Below are positions 49,601-62,230 of a stretch of DNA of 64,000 nt, one piece after another; position 1 is the first letter of the stretch, and each line of letters begins with the position of its first letter. Source of the stretch: Octopus sinensis (Eukaryota); the NCBI RefSeq assembly GCF_006345805.1, contig NC_043021.1:14880001-14944000 (forward strand), read 5' to 3'. The notes under the pieces are model-generated. The model saw only the letters and a list, made by a program, of their open reading frames with translations, made no database searches and was not told the origin of the DNA. Position numbers and translations under genes: made by a program.

Positions 49601-50819
49601 AATTAAGATAATGCAAAGGTTTCTTAGCACCTAGTTATTTAAACACGACTGTGTTGCTATGTCTGTGTGTGTGTGTATATATGTGTGTTGAAATATACGG
49701 TAATAATACACCGATTATGTCTGTATAGTTGTATCCATGTGAGTGAGGGTTTGTGTACATACTTGGATATACACATAGTCACTCTGTCTTCCACACATAC
49801 ACGTCGAGTATGGGTGTGGACAGAATCTGTGAGTATTTATATATTTATTATGCGATTTAGATCAAGAGCCGGACAGATTTGGATCCGGAGTTTAATTAAA
49901 ACTAAACAATTAACAACGATGCGTTGCTAAAACCACTAACAAGTCGAGAATTAATTAATGTAGGAGAGACAAAAGAAATGGTTAGAGATCCCTTATTTTA
50001 TTCATGTTTTTAAATGAAGATTTAACGAGAGAGAAAAAAATTCAATAATGAAGCTCGTTAGGAAGGGATCTTTATGATGAACAGTGGCTGGATAAAATAT
50101 TACAATAAAATTAACAACTGTTTTGACATGTTGTTCCTAAACGGTTACAAAATTTGGGAAATTTTGGTGAATTTCTTGCGGAGATTATCACATAAAGGAA
50201 TTCCAGAATTTAAAATAACAAAATTGTTTAAATTAATCTTTAAGAATGAGAGATGTGAACCTATTTTAATAGAGTAAATTAAATATTTGGTTAACTGATG
50301 AGAAATTGACGGAATAAAAGAAAAATTGAGAAGAGAGATGAGACGTAGATAGATAACGCGTGTGTGGAGTGTATTAGAAATAAAGAGAAGAGTGTCGACT
50401 TGTTAATGAATAAATAAATATTTAATTAAATATATAAATAGAGAGATAATTAAATAAATTGAAAGGGAAGTCGTCGAAGAAAATTACAAACTGATGTTGT
50501 CAGCAGAATGGAGTAAGATGAAGATGACAAACTGGTTCTAATGACAATTCTTTTAAAGCTATTAAATGAAGAAGAAAAAAAACACACACATACAATACAT
50601 ACACACATGTAATATATTTTGAGAGACCCGGCTGATTTAAGTTCGATTAAGTACTTCGATGCATTTCAAAAGAAGACAGAAAGAGGAAATCTGTAGCCTT
50701 CGTCATTACCGCCAGTTGTTACGACATCTCTCCGTTGGAAATTGGAAGGAATGTATGAGTAAATACAGAGTAGTTTCAAAATATAACACACGCACACACA
50801 CACACACTATGGCAAGCAC

Positions 50820-51311
50820 TTCTTTACTCTTTCTTTCTCTCTTCCTCTCTTGTTTATTCTCTTTCTTTCTCTTCCTCTTCCTCTCTCGCTTTTATTCTCT
50901 TTCTTTCTCTCCCTCTTCCCCTCTTGCTTTTATTCTCTTTCTTTCTCTCCCTCATCCTCTCTCGCTTTTGTTCTCTTTCTTTCTCTCTATCCTCTTTCTC
51001 CTCTTCCCGCTCTACATTCTGCCTCTTTTCCCCCACTTTCTTCCTTTCTCTTTCTCCCTCTCCGTTTTCTCTTTCCCTTTTTCTTTATCTCCTCTCTTTC
51101 CCCCGTTCTATCGCTATCTGCTGTTTCACACTCACACACACACACAAACACACATACAATTGTTTTCTCACTTTCTCACTCTTTCTCTAACACACACGCA
51201 AACACTTGTTTCCTTTCTTTCTTTCTTTCTCACGTACTCATTCTATCCCGCTTTTTCTTTCACACACACGAAACATTTTTCTCTCATTCTTTCACACACA
51301 CGCACACACAT

Positions 51312-51351
<40 letters not shown>

Positions 51352-51353
51352 AC

Positions 51354-51380
<27 letters not shown>
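50820..51380. repeat. Long polypyrimidine (CT-rich) tract about 2 kb upstream of GAS2L; a purine-rich counterpart lies at 2475-2770
   Basis: Almost pure C/T, with roughly 45-bp internal repeats at 50850-50990. Confidence 0.85.
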
Positions 51381-51384
<4 letters not shown>

Positions 51385-52341
51385 TAAATCCGGAAGAGAA
51401 ACACTCTAAGATGTAGAGCAGTTAATATAATAGGGGAGGCCGGTATATGGGGTTACCCCATGTGAACGACCTTGTCTCTATCAACCTCTCTTTGTCACTC
51501 TCTTCTCTCTCTCTCTCACACACACACACACAATTACACACCGAAAGCAACATTTGTTCTCTCTCTCACACACACATATTCATAAATGTGTATGGGGTGG
51601 CTGGGCGTGTGCGTAACCCGCATACAGGAAACCCTCCGACTATCAAAACCACTTTGAGATTTCGCCAAACTGAACGATATTAATCGAACGAAGTTCTTTA
51701 GCAGCAATGAGTGGAATGTGAAGAATTTATTGTCTAAAAGACTCTACAGAAATCATGTGTTGATGCGTTGAGCTTCACAACAACCAGTTGGCGACTGCAA
51801 CAGAGATTTCCATAACTGCAGTGGCAAGAACAATAAAAACAAGAATATGACGACCATCAACCACCAACAGTAAAAGACATAGAATGAATTCCTCATTGAG
51901 TACCTGTATGTGTGTGTGTATATATATATCTATATATTTCTGTAGATGCGCAAGAGTTTCTCTGTGCATATGTGTGTGTTACAGTGTGCGCGTGTGAATT
52001 TCTGCACATGCATATGTATGTGTTTGTGTCAATGCATACGTGTATGTGTGTGAATATGTGTTACTGTATGTGAACATGAATCTCTGCGTGCGTGCGTATG
52101 TGAGTGTGTGCGCGCGCATTTCCGTATACACGTGCTTCTGTGCATACGTATGTATATGTGATTATATGTGCGCGTGTGTTTGTGAGTGTGTGTATCTATG
52201 TATACGTGCATGTGTGTGTTAGTACGGCTCTTACTGTTTACGTGCGTGTGTTACTGAGTGTTTGTGTGTGTGTGATTTTGTACGTGTGCGCGTGCGTTTA
52301 TGTATTTCTGTACTACATATATGTGATAGGATGTATGTGTG

Positions 52342-52531
52342 TGTGGTATTTCGTCTGCCATTACGTTCTGAGTTCAAATTCCGCCGAGGTCGACTTTGCC
52401 TTTCATCCTTTCGGGGTCGATTAAATAAGTACCAGTTACACACTAGGGTCGATATAATCGACTTAATCCGTTTGTCTGTCCTTGTTTGTCCCCTCTGTGT
52501 TTTAGCCCCTTGCGGGTAGTAAAGAAATAGG
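52342..52531 (+). mobile_element. 5'-truncated family A SINE
   Basis: Matches 9691-9921 from gtatttcgtctgcc to gaaatagg. Confidence 0.85.
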
Positions 52532-52698
52532 ATGTATATGTGTGTGTCTGTGTGTGTGTTACATATTAATGTATATCTGTCGGTAATGCTGGGTAGCGTA
52601 GTACCACCAGAGTTTTTACCTATTTTCCTCACAAGAATTTCCAACAAAGAATTTACTATCTAAAAAAAAAAAAAACCCGTACACACATCGGCAAACAA

Positions 52699-52731
<33 letters not shown>

Positions 52732-53408
52732 GACAAAATCTTTCATAGACTTTTAAATTAAAAATAGATATGCGACGATATTTCGCTGCTGCTTCAAAGT
52801 CTAAAAGTGCTGCTTAATAATTCAGCTGATTTTATAATAATAGAAACTTATCGATTGTTCAGATAATTATTTACGACATAAAACCAAACACTAATAACAC
52901 CAACAATAAAAATAATAATCCCTAACGATATTTGCACTGCTATTACTAATTGTAATCCCATTGCAGGTATTTTTGCTGCAACTACTATCATAATAATTAT
53001 AATATATAACAACAACACTCGACTAGGTGGGTTCCAGAAAATAGCAATAACTGAAGAAACCAAGGATCTGTGAATATTGTCAGGGCATTCATTATTCGTT
53101 CTTGTATCATATTTGTCATATAATAGCAAAATTGATAACCTCGGGTCATTGTTATTATGTGGGATTTTTCTCAGATGTTTATTAATTATATATATATATA
53201 TATGTATATATATATGATGTATGTATAGAATAATAGGGGTTTAGTGCACTGGTGCTAAATGAATATAGGTACGCTAAGTGCCGAGGCACTTGATGTAGGA
53301 ATGAATGTGTACATGTATATATTTACATTATGTATGTATATATGCATATTATGTGTGCGTGTATATAGATATAAATACATATATACATCCATACATACAT
53401 ACACATAC

Positions 53409-53454
<46 letters not shown>

Positions 53455-53457
<3 letters not shown>

Positions 53458-53867
53458 TTTTTCATTTTCATTTTATCTAGTTTCAGCTCACGAGCTGTGG
53501 CCATGCTGGGGCACCGCCATATATATATATATATATATATATTCATTTTTTCATTTTCATTTTCATTTTATCTAGTTTCAGTTCACGAGGTGTGGCCATG
53601 CTGGGGCACCGCCATATATATATATATATATATATATATAACAAAAATCTGCAGATAACATTAATAGTTATTTAGCTACGATTCAGCCCAGTTCAGCGAA
53701 CCTTGAAATTAAGACGTTCTAGTCGTGACCATCTCGTTTATTTATTATTCTTTTTCCATACATACATATACATACATACATACATACATATATATATATA
53801 CATATACATTTTTCATTTTCATTTTATCTAGTTTCAGCTCACGAGCTGTGGCCATGCTGGGGCACCA

Positions 53868-53910
<43 letters not shown>

Positions 53911-53941
53911 ACTATAAATTATATATATATAACTATAAATT

Positions 53942-53992
<51 letters not shown>

Positions 53993-54103
53993 CCAAAATC
54001 TGCAGATAACAATAATAGTTATTTAGCTACGTTTCAGCCCAGTTCAGCGAACCTTGGAATTAAGACGTTCTAGTCGTGACCATCTCGTTTATTTATTATT
54101 CTT
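53455..54103. repeat. Compound repeat A-A-B-A-B separated by (TA)n
   Basis: Block A (catttt...gtggccatgctggggcacc) at about 53455, 53545 and 53810; block B (aaaatctgcagataac...ttattattct) at about 53641 and 53993. Confidence 0.85.
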
Positions 54104-54289
54104 TAAAAAAAATTTTTTTTTTCTGGCACAGTATATCTGCTTCCACATTAGTTGAGACAATTTGGGTGTGATTTAAAGATCTAGCTGGGGTGTGTTTTGT
54201 TCCTTTTTTTTCTAGCCGGTCGATCGATTGCATAGAGGTGTATCATGACCGTGTTTTTCTTTTGGGTTTTTTTTGTGTGTTGCTGGTTA

Positions 54290-54800
54290 TGATAATGATA
54301 ATGATGGTGGTGGTGGTGGTGAAGATGTCCTTGTTGGGTTTATTATTTTAATTTGTTTTAATATTTTCTTTCGTCCTGTTCCTTATTTCCTCTTGCCGGC
54401 GTTATCACACATCTCGTCGGCATCTTACGAGTACAAACTGTGACCGAATTTCGTCTGATGGTGATGATGATGATGTTGGTGGTGGTGGCGGCGGTGGTGG
54501 TGGTGGTGACAGTCATGAGGAGGAGGAGTAGGAGGAGGAGTAGGAGGCGGTGGGTGGTGACGGTAGGATGATGTTGGTGGTGGTGGCGGCGGTGGTGGTG
54601 GTGGCGGCGGCGGCGGTGGTGGTGGTGACAGTCATGAGGAGGAGGAGTAGGAGGCGGTGGGTGGTGACGGTAGTGATGATGATGGTGATGATGATGGTGG
54701 TGGTGGTGGTGACAGTCATGAGGAGGAGGAGGCGGCCGGTGGTGATGGTCGTAGTGGTGACGATAGTGATGATGATGATGATGATGATGATAATAGCCGG
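54290..54800. repeat. Cryptic (GGT/GAT/GGA)n region with internal duplications of about 75-110 bp
   Basis: ggtggtgacagtcatgaggaggagg occurs three times. Confidence 0.9.
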
Positions 54801-56218
54801 TTGCTAATTGATAGATAGTGACGGCCAGAAGGAAAGAAGAGAAAAGATGTCGGAGGAGGAGAAGAGGAAAGAAAGAAAGAAAGAACAGGAAAGACGAGGA
54901 AAAAGAAAACCGAAAAACAAAAAAAGACAGAAAAATAAAAAACGAAGCAGTCAATTTTCATTTACCCCCAAAACCCACATCGATATTAAATATTAATAAT
55001 AATAATGACAATTCTTTCTAATTTTAGCACAAAGCAAGGAATTGGGAAGGGAGAAGGTGGGGACAAATCGATTGCATTGATCCTAGTACATGACTGGTAC
55101 TTTATTGTATCGACCCCGAAAGAATGAAGTGCAAAGTTGACCTTGGTAGGATTTGAAGTTAGAATGTAAAGGGCGGGAACAAATACGGCAAGGCATTTTT
55201 ATATTTTTATCGCACCATCTGGTGATTTAGTAATCCATCTCACTAATAATAATAATGATAATAATAATAATAATAATGATAATAATAATCCTTTCTACTA
55301 TAAAGCACAAAGCCTGACATTTTGGGAAAGGGGATAGACGATTACATCGATCCCAGCACTCAACTGGTACTTATTTTTATCGACGCCGAAAGAATGAACT
55401 CAGAACTTAAGGACAGACGACGACGAAGAAGAAGAAGAACAACAACAACAACAACACCAGTACAACAATAATAATTTCTTTTATTAGTTACAGGGACATC
55501 ACAATGGCAGACGACAGTTTGCGTAGGGTTTTACATAAAGGATAGGGAGAAAGAAATGGAAAAGACTGTAAGATAAAAGTATGCGCAGTACACATTGTAA
55601 TAACATGAATGATGCAGATCTAAGATTACTCTAACAAGCAAAAATTTCGGCCCAACACCAGCAGTTTTCCAAGAGGGATTGTGTTGTGTGTTCTTGAGCA
55701 AAAATTTCATTTTACGTTGCTCCACTGCAAGCACCTATAAACGAGTTACCCTTCGGTGGACTGGGGTCTCGTACGGGGGGAATGGTGTGATCGCGATCAG
55801 GTACACATGGAAACCGGGTAGCCGGCTCTTTGAGTTCTTGGATTCGAAACAGTTCTGTCCAAGGATTGATATTGATGATGATGATGATGATGACGACGAC
55901 GATTATGATGATTGTTAGGCGATTACATCTACCCGATTGATATTTCATTTTATCGATATTTCATCGATCGATATTTCATTTTATCGTCCTTGAAGCAATG
56001 AGAAGCAAAGTCGACTTCGGCGGAAGTTGAAGTCAGACAGTAAAGATCTGGAAAAAATGCCTCTGTCTAGACATTTTGTCCGACGCTCTAAGGATTCTGC
56101 TCGCTTATTGCGAGATTATTGTGCTTAGGTGCACATCTCGTCGGAAAAAGGGTAAAAGAAGACGACAGAAAGCCTAAGAGATGTAAAGAAAGACAGCAAT
56201 GATAGCCGAAAATACATA

Positions 56219-56936
56219 CCGTAAATCCTCGAATATAATGCGCATTTTTTCCCCAAAATTTAAAGGCCAAAGTCCCTAGTGCGTACTATATACGAGGTTA
56301 AAAATGAAAATTATTTTCTAAGCAATGTCAGAGTGTCTATTTGCTGTCCAGCAATGTTTATTCAGACACATTTTGTGATGTCGGGCGCGAAAATACCTTA
56401 AGCTAAGCCAGAAAGCAATGAAGTCCTAAAAAAATCATCCATAACTTGCAGTAAGCAACATTTATTAAACGTTATTACTGTTATTTCTTTATTTTCTGCA
56501 AACAAAATGCACAAAAAAGCTACACGTTTGCATTATATTATATATACAATAATAATAAAGGACGTTACAATATACATTTTTACAACCAAGGACGTTATAT
56601 AGACCTCCTTGACTCAAGTTAGAGAAGGGGTGCGTATTATACACAAGGTTTAGGTTTTTCAGAGGTACAGCCCCCTAAAAATCCCCTGCATATTTATTTC
56701 TTTACTACCCACAAGGGGCTAAACACAGAGGGGACAGACAAAGGGATTAAGTCGATTACATCGACCCCAGTGCGTAACTGGTACTTAATTTATCGACCCC
56801 GAAGGGATGAAAGGCAAAGTCGACCTCGGCGGAATTTGAACTCGGAACGCAACGACAGACGAAATACGGCTACGAATTTCGCCCGGCGTGCTAACGTTTC
56901 TACCAGCTCCCCTGCATATTACTCGAGGATTTACGA
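56219..56936. mobile_element. pogo/Tigger-like non-autonomous DNA transposon (TA ends)
   Basis: TA|ccgtaaatcctcgaatataatgcgca ... tgcatattactcgaggatttacga|TA. It contains a family A SINE in its right TIR. Confidence 0.75.
56695..56908 (-). mobile_element. tRNA-derived SINE, family A
   Basis: 12-bp TSD CCCCTGCATATT at 56683-56694 and 56909-56920. Confidence 0.9.
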
Positions 56937-57257
56937 TAGATAGTACACAGAATAAAACACAGCAAAATGAACAAACAATAATTTCTTTTATACCCAACGT
57001 ACTCGTCCGAATCGGATGACAACTGTACATCGAAGTGCATTCTGTTCAAATTGGAGAGTGTGTAGGGAGGGATAGTGTTTTAATTAGGATTTTCAGAACC
57101 ACGCCCCCGCTTGTTCTTGCGACTCTTTAATTCTTTAGAAACGACCAAACAACGCGTTTGTTCTTTACACCCTCTTTCTTCGGCTTTTTGTTGCAGGTTA
57201 TGTTGGCTGCTGTTGCTAACGTGATGCGACCGAAATAAGCATTTCACCTATATATAA

Positions 57258-57558
57258 CCAGCAGTATCGCCCGGCGTTGCTCGGGTTTGTAAGGGAAATA
57301 ACTATATAAGCATTTTTAGAGAGTTACTTCCCTTATATAATAGCAAAAAAATGCATTAAAAATGGGAAAAAAATTATGGTAAATTTTTTTTTTAAATCGT
57401 AGACTCATCGTAGACGCGCGCTAATACCCAGAAGGGCTCGATATGAATCACGACTATAAGATACTCGGTTTTGGTTAAACTGCACCGCAAAATGTGAGAG
57501 TAGTTAGGAATCTAAATCGTAGGGGACAGACACACAACTTCACTTTTATATATAAAGA
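57258..57558 (-). mobile_element. Non-autonomous Helitron (301 bp)
   Basis: On the minus strand: A|TC 5' end, subterminal hairpin CCCGAGCAACGCCGGG, and CTGG|T 3' end. Confidence 0.8.
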
Positions 57559-57830
57559 TTGTTATTATGAATAAACCTTCCTCATTACTATATTTATTAA
57601 GGGCGCTAGATTGGCAGAGTAATAATGGTTATCTCTTCTGACAAAATGCCTTGCGGTGTTGGCACTGGCTCCGTAAGCTCTGAGTTCAAATGCCGCCGAA
57701 GTCGACCTCGTTTTTCATCCCTCCAGGTCGATAAATAAAGTACCACTCCAGTAATAGTTCGATGTAATCAATTTGGCCCCTACTCTCAAAACTTCTGGTT
57801 TTGTGCCAAGAGCTGACAGAATCATTAGCA

Positions 57831-58165
57831 AGAGTGGCTGTGTGGTTTCGGGTTCAGTCCCACTGCGCGACACCATGGGCAAGTATCTTTTTACTATAGC
57901 CTCAGACCGACCAAAGTCTTGTGGTGGATTTGGTAGACGGAAACTGAAAGAAGCCTGTCATATATATATGAGTGTGTGTGTGTGAGCGTGTCCCAACATC
58001 GCTTGACAACCGATGCTGGTGTGATTACGTCCCCGTAACTTAGCGGTTCGGCAAAACATAGAATAAGTACTAGGCTTACAAAGAATAAGTCCTGGGGTCG
58101 ATTCGCTCGACTGAAGGCGGTGCTCCAGCATGGCCGCAGTCAAATGACTGAAACAAGTGAAAGAA
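57831..58165 (+). mobile_element. Family C SINE
   Basis: Collinear with the family consensus. Confidence 0.8.
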
Positions 58166-58802
58166 TAGAAGAATGCCGAACAAAATGCTTAATGGCATTT
58201 CGTTCGTCTTAACATTCTGAGTTCAAATTCCGTCTTGGTCGACTTTACTTCTCACCCTTTGAGGGTTGATAAGGTATGTACCGACGGAGCACGGAGGTTC
58301 ATGTAATCAAGATACTGACCTTGTACCAAGATTTGAAGGTGCATGGCTTAATGTTTAGGGAGTAAGAATGTGGTTTCGATTCCCACACTGAATGATGCGT
58401 AGTTTGCTTGAGCAAAACACTTTTATATCATGTTGCTCCAGTTTACTTAGCTGTAAATAAGATCCAGCAATAGCTGGGAGAGTTACTCCCACAACAGACT
58501 AGCGTTCTGCCCAGTGGAGGATGGAGTGGGCAGAATGTAATCTCAGTTATTTATACGCCTTGGAAACCAAGTAAAGTTTGGCTTCATGACTCCAGGGCTC
58601 ATGGCAAACAGACCGAAGGAAGGGGGCTTGTGACAAAAGGACGAAAGAAAGATAGAATAAAATGAAGGAAGAAAAGAAAGATGTAAGCGAGATAGAAAAA
58701 TAAGGTGACGAGAGAAGGCGGGAAAGTAAAGAGGTTCTTTTTAAATAGTTACATATTGTAGCACAAGGACAGCATGTTGTGATGGAGGGGATAAGTCGAT
58801 CA

Positions 58803-59199
58803 GGATCTTTTCGGTTTGAACGGCAGTTTTTTCTAGCGGTGTCATATGAAATTGTCACCCATAATTATGACCCTAGTATCGATCTATTGCATTTCAATCT
58901 GTTTTAGGGTTAGGGTGGGGGGAAGGGTATATTTTTTTCTTCAGAAATGTAAATAAACCCAATCTGTTTCTTAAACGAGGGACATATTCATACGGCACAG
59001 AATGTTTTCACCTCAATAGACGTCATTGACTGGTTGAAATTGCAGAAAAAAACAAGTATCTTACAAACTATAGAATTTTCTCAATAAAGCCAATAGAAAA
59101 AGATGTTTTATAAACACATTCTACCAGTATACGAAGTTTAAAAGTGTTCAGTTACGTGGAAATTATTTTAAAAAACTGCCGTTCAAACCGAAAAGATCC
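58803..59199. mobile_element. Young MITE with perfect 30-bp TIRs and an 8-bp TSD (Merlin-like: GG termini), inserted in a family B SINE
   Basis: TIR GGATCTTTTCGGTTTGAACGGCAGTTTTTT at both ends; TSD GTCGATCA at 58795-58802 and 59200-59207; internal TTAGGGTTAGGG. Confidence 0.9.
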
Positions 59200-60527
59200 G
59201 TCGATCATATCGATTCCAGAGCTCAGCTGGTATTTATTTTATCGAACCCGAAAGAATGAAAGATAAAGTCGACGGGAATTGAACTCAGTATGGAAAGAGC
59301 CAGAAGACATGCTGCTGAACGTTTGTCCGACACGCTAACGAATCCGCCAGTTTGCCAACCTTTTGGCGGTATTCGCTGAATAAGATACCACTTAAATACA
59401 GAGGTCCCGATACATCTACGTAACCCTAACTAACCCTAACCGTAAAACTAACGCTAACGAGTGTGCACTGTAAAAGCATATCGTATTTAAGCAGTGCCAA
59501 TAATAATCCTTTCTTCTATAAGCACAAGGCCAGCAATTTTGAGGAGAAGGAGAGGGGAAAGTCGATTACATCCTCAGCTTGTACATATTTTATCGACCTC
59601 AAAAGGATGAAAGATAAAATTCACCTCGGGGGGAATTTGAACCCAGAATGTAAAGAGCCAGAAGAAATGCTGCTATGGTTTGTGTCTGATGCGGCAACAA
59701 TTTTTCCAGCTTGCCGCCTTTTTGGCAGCTCTTTTTAAATGACTGTTACTGCAAGGCCGATGCCCTACGAAACCCCAAATCAAAGGCGTTTGTTCTGGAC
59801 GAGGAGAGAAGTGAAATAATGATATATGTCAATGAAAACCTCAGAGGTTGTAAAAGCTTTTCTGTCTAACTACATTGTCTCTTGAAAGATGGTGATGTGT
59901 TTATATGTGTTTGTAACTTATTTGGGTTGTGTCATTAGAAGTACATTTTGCTTACGTAGAAAGACAAGCACACATGTGGGTTTGAATGTATGTGTGTGAG
60001 TGCGCACGCGTATATGAATGAATAAGCACTTGTAACGAAAGCAGAGCTTTTCTTCATCAGCTGGCCTCTATGAAACATCATGCTTCAGCCAATGCCGGAC
60101 ACACCCAGTTGCAGAAATAGTCATTTAGATCTAAAGAATGCGTATGTATGAGCATCCTCTCTCTGTCTGTCTGTCTCTCTGTCTCTCTCTCCTCTATGTG
60201 TGTATGTGTTTATATATATGTGTGTGTGCGTATGTGTAAACTGGATAAAGAGGTTTGAGTCTTCGGAATATACGAAAATTTGTTTGGGGTTGAAAATACA
60301 CATGGGACTTAACACGAATTTTAGTTTGTTATTTTAATTTTTTTTTTTTTAATTATTGAAATACCATACCACTTTTTACAATTTGGTGGTGGTGGCGGGC
60401 GTTCGATGGTAAATATAAAAAAAAAACTTTTAAAGAAAGAATGCTTAAGAAAGTTTCTTAGCAATAAAACATGCTCAAGTGTGTGTATGTGTGTGTGTAT
60501 GTGTGTGTGTGTGTGTGTGTACGCACA

Positions 60528-61340
60528 CAGGTTGCGAGAGGTATTTGAGGACAGTTGGTAATTTGATAAAACAACTTTAATGTCGCAAAATCCAAATGTA
60601 TTTCAATAAAAATTTTTGCACATCTTCTCGATAATATTTCTCATAGGATTATTTAATGAATCCGCCTTCAGTTTCAGTGACTGCTTTAGTGCAGGACTGG
60701 AACTGTTGATATGCCTGCACTAAATGCACCTTATTCATTTCGGACAATTCACTATGGATAATGGCAACTTCGTAAAGATGTCGACAACACACCCTTGGGA
60801 TTTAAATCTGGTAAGTTTGTGGACTGTTACACGTTACACGAATTTGGTGTTCCCTGATCGTGAAGAATGCCTGACGGCCATTCTTGAGTTACGCGGACTT
60901 TATGAGAAATTACTGGGTCTTGTCGAAACACCTATGGCCTTCCATCGCATTCTTTATACATCCAGTGTTTGACAACTGTCTCCAGCAGCTCATCGTATCC
61001 AGCAGTAATAATTCCAAGACCCTGTGGAAAGATGTGAGACGGCATACCATGACCTTTGTTACTCGCCACTTTTAAATCTATCAGAGTTACGAGAAACTCA
61101 GTGTGCATTACTCTGGAACCAGCAGGAAAATCTGTATATAACCATCAGGTGGAGGTAAAGAATACGCACACAGCCCATTTTCGGAGAAACCATAACCCAA
61201 ACTCTAACCCTAAACGCCGAAAACGGGTGGTGTGCGTATTCTTTACCTTCACTTAACCATCTGTCATTTCTCCAGTTAGATTATTGGTGTTGGTCGAAGT
61301 TTTTCTCTTCAGAGAAGAACCAAAGTATGCCATGGAAGTG
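60528..61340 (-). mobile_element. Tc1/mariner transposase relic (catalytic DDD domain plus right TIR), same family as 21640-22310
   Basis: After removing the nested MITE: GILWFFSEEKNFDQHQ*SNWRNDRWLY...RVMHTEF...SNKGHGMPSHIFPQGL...GYDELLETVVKHW...GRP*VFRQD...PDLNP. TIR caggttgcgagaggtatttgaggaca at 60528-60552. Confidence 0.85.
61148..61253. mobile_element. Small GG-terminated MITE (Merlin-like) with a TAACCC-like core, nested in the mariner relic
   Basis: About 37-bp imperfect TIRs ggtggaggtaaagaatacgcacac / gtgtgcgtattctttaccttcact. TSD TAACCATC(A/T) at 61139-61147 and 61254-61262. Confidence 0.8.
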
Positions 61341-61872
61341 TCAGTCACCATAGATTGAAATAAAGCGTGAGTGTTGAGGCGCCATTAAACATAATTTCCA
61401 ACGAAGTATGTGCATGAAGGGATCATCTACCATAGTTTTATGTATGAGATAACTAGAATACTAAGTATTAGAACAGTCTCTGTGTTGCTCCTGGCTGTTT
61501 TGCCCTTGTGGACTGTCAGGTGCAAGTTAATGTTTCTTCTCTTGAGGTGAGACCGTTCCTGGTTCTATGATACAAACTTCGTGTTCTAAAATGTTTAAAA
61601 CTAAAACCTTCCATCAAAAGTCCATGTCATTTTTTTCCGAAACACCAGCGTACTAATGACGAAGTAATATTACTAAATTTTTCATTATTTTAGAAATTGA
61701 GTGAAACAGGCAATATATTTCAACAGACAGCCCTCGATTCTATGACATAAAGTTTATTTTAAAGTGATCTAAATTAAAAACACGCCTTCAAAGTGCCATG
61801 TTATGTTCCAAACAATAACTTCATTGCGACAGAGAAATAGAGGTAATGTATTTCATCTGAAATATGGTAACG

Positions 61873-62230
61873 TGGCTGGGGCAAGATGTTTGATTCCCAA
61901 TCACATAGTTCCGGGTTCAGTCCCAGTGCACGGCACTTTGAGCAAGTGTCTTCTACTATAGCCTCGGGCCGACCAAAGCCTTGTGAGTGGATTTGGTCGA
62001 CGGAAACTGAAAGAAGCCTTTCGTATACATATGTATATATCTATGTGTGTTTGTCTGAGTTTGTCCCTCACCACCGCTTCACAATCGGTGTTCGTGTGTT
62101 TATGTCCCCTTTACTTAGCGGTTCGGCAAAAGACACCGATACAGTAAGTACCAGGCCTAAAAAAAGTCTCGGGGTCGTTTTATCAAACAAAAACATTTCG
62201 AGGCTGTGCTCCAGCATAGCCGCAGTCAAA
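61873..62230 (+). mobile_element. Family C SINE
   Basis: Collinear with the family consensus. Confidence 0.75.

Noticed and set aside
50659-51416. 242-aa and 188-aa Phe/Leu/Ser-rich ORFs that look like membrane proteins
   Set aside because: They translate a CT-rich tract, which lacks stop codons by composition.
51655-51670. E2F/DREAM-like site TTTCGCCAAA upstream of GAS2L
   Set aside because: A single short motif about 3 kb from the ATG with unknown TSS is not supportable from sequence alone.
54358-54954. 198-aa His/Pro-rich ORF
   Set aside because: GGT/GAT/GGA repeat artefact.
55396-55476. Graded GAC-GAA-CAA-TAA triplet run (also at 24350-24400)
   Set aside because: Ordinary stepwise microsatellite mutation in retroelement tails.
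59424-59456. Interstitial telomere from a chromosome fusion
   Set aside because: There are only a few degenerate TAACCC units inside a small TIR element, and no head-to-head array.
60724-61075. Plus-strand ORFs of 82 and 63 aa
   Set aside because: They are antisense shadows of the mariner transposase relic.
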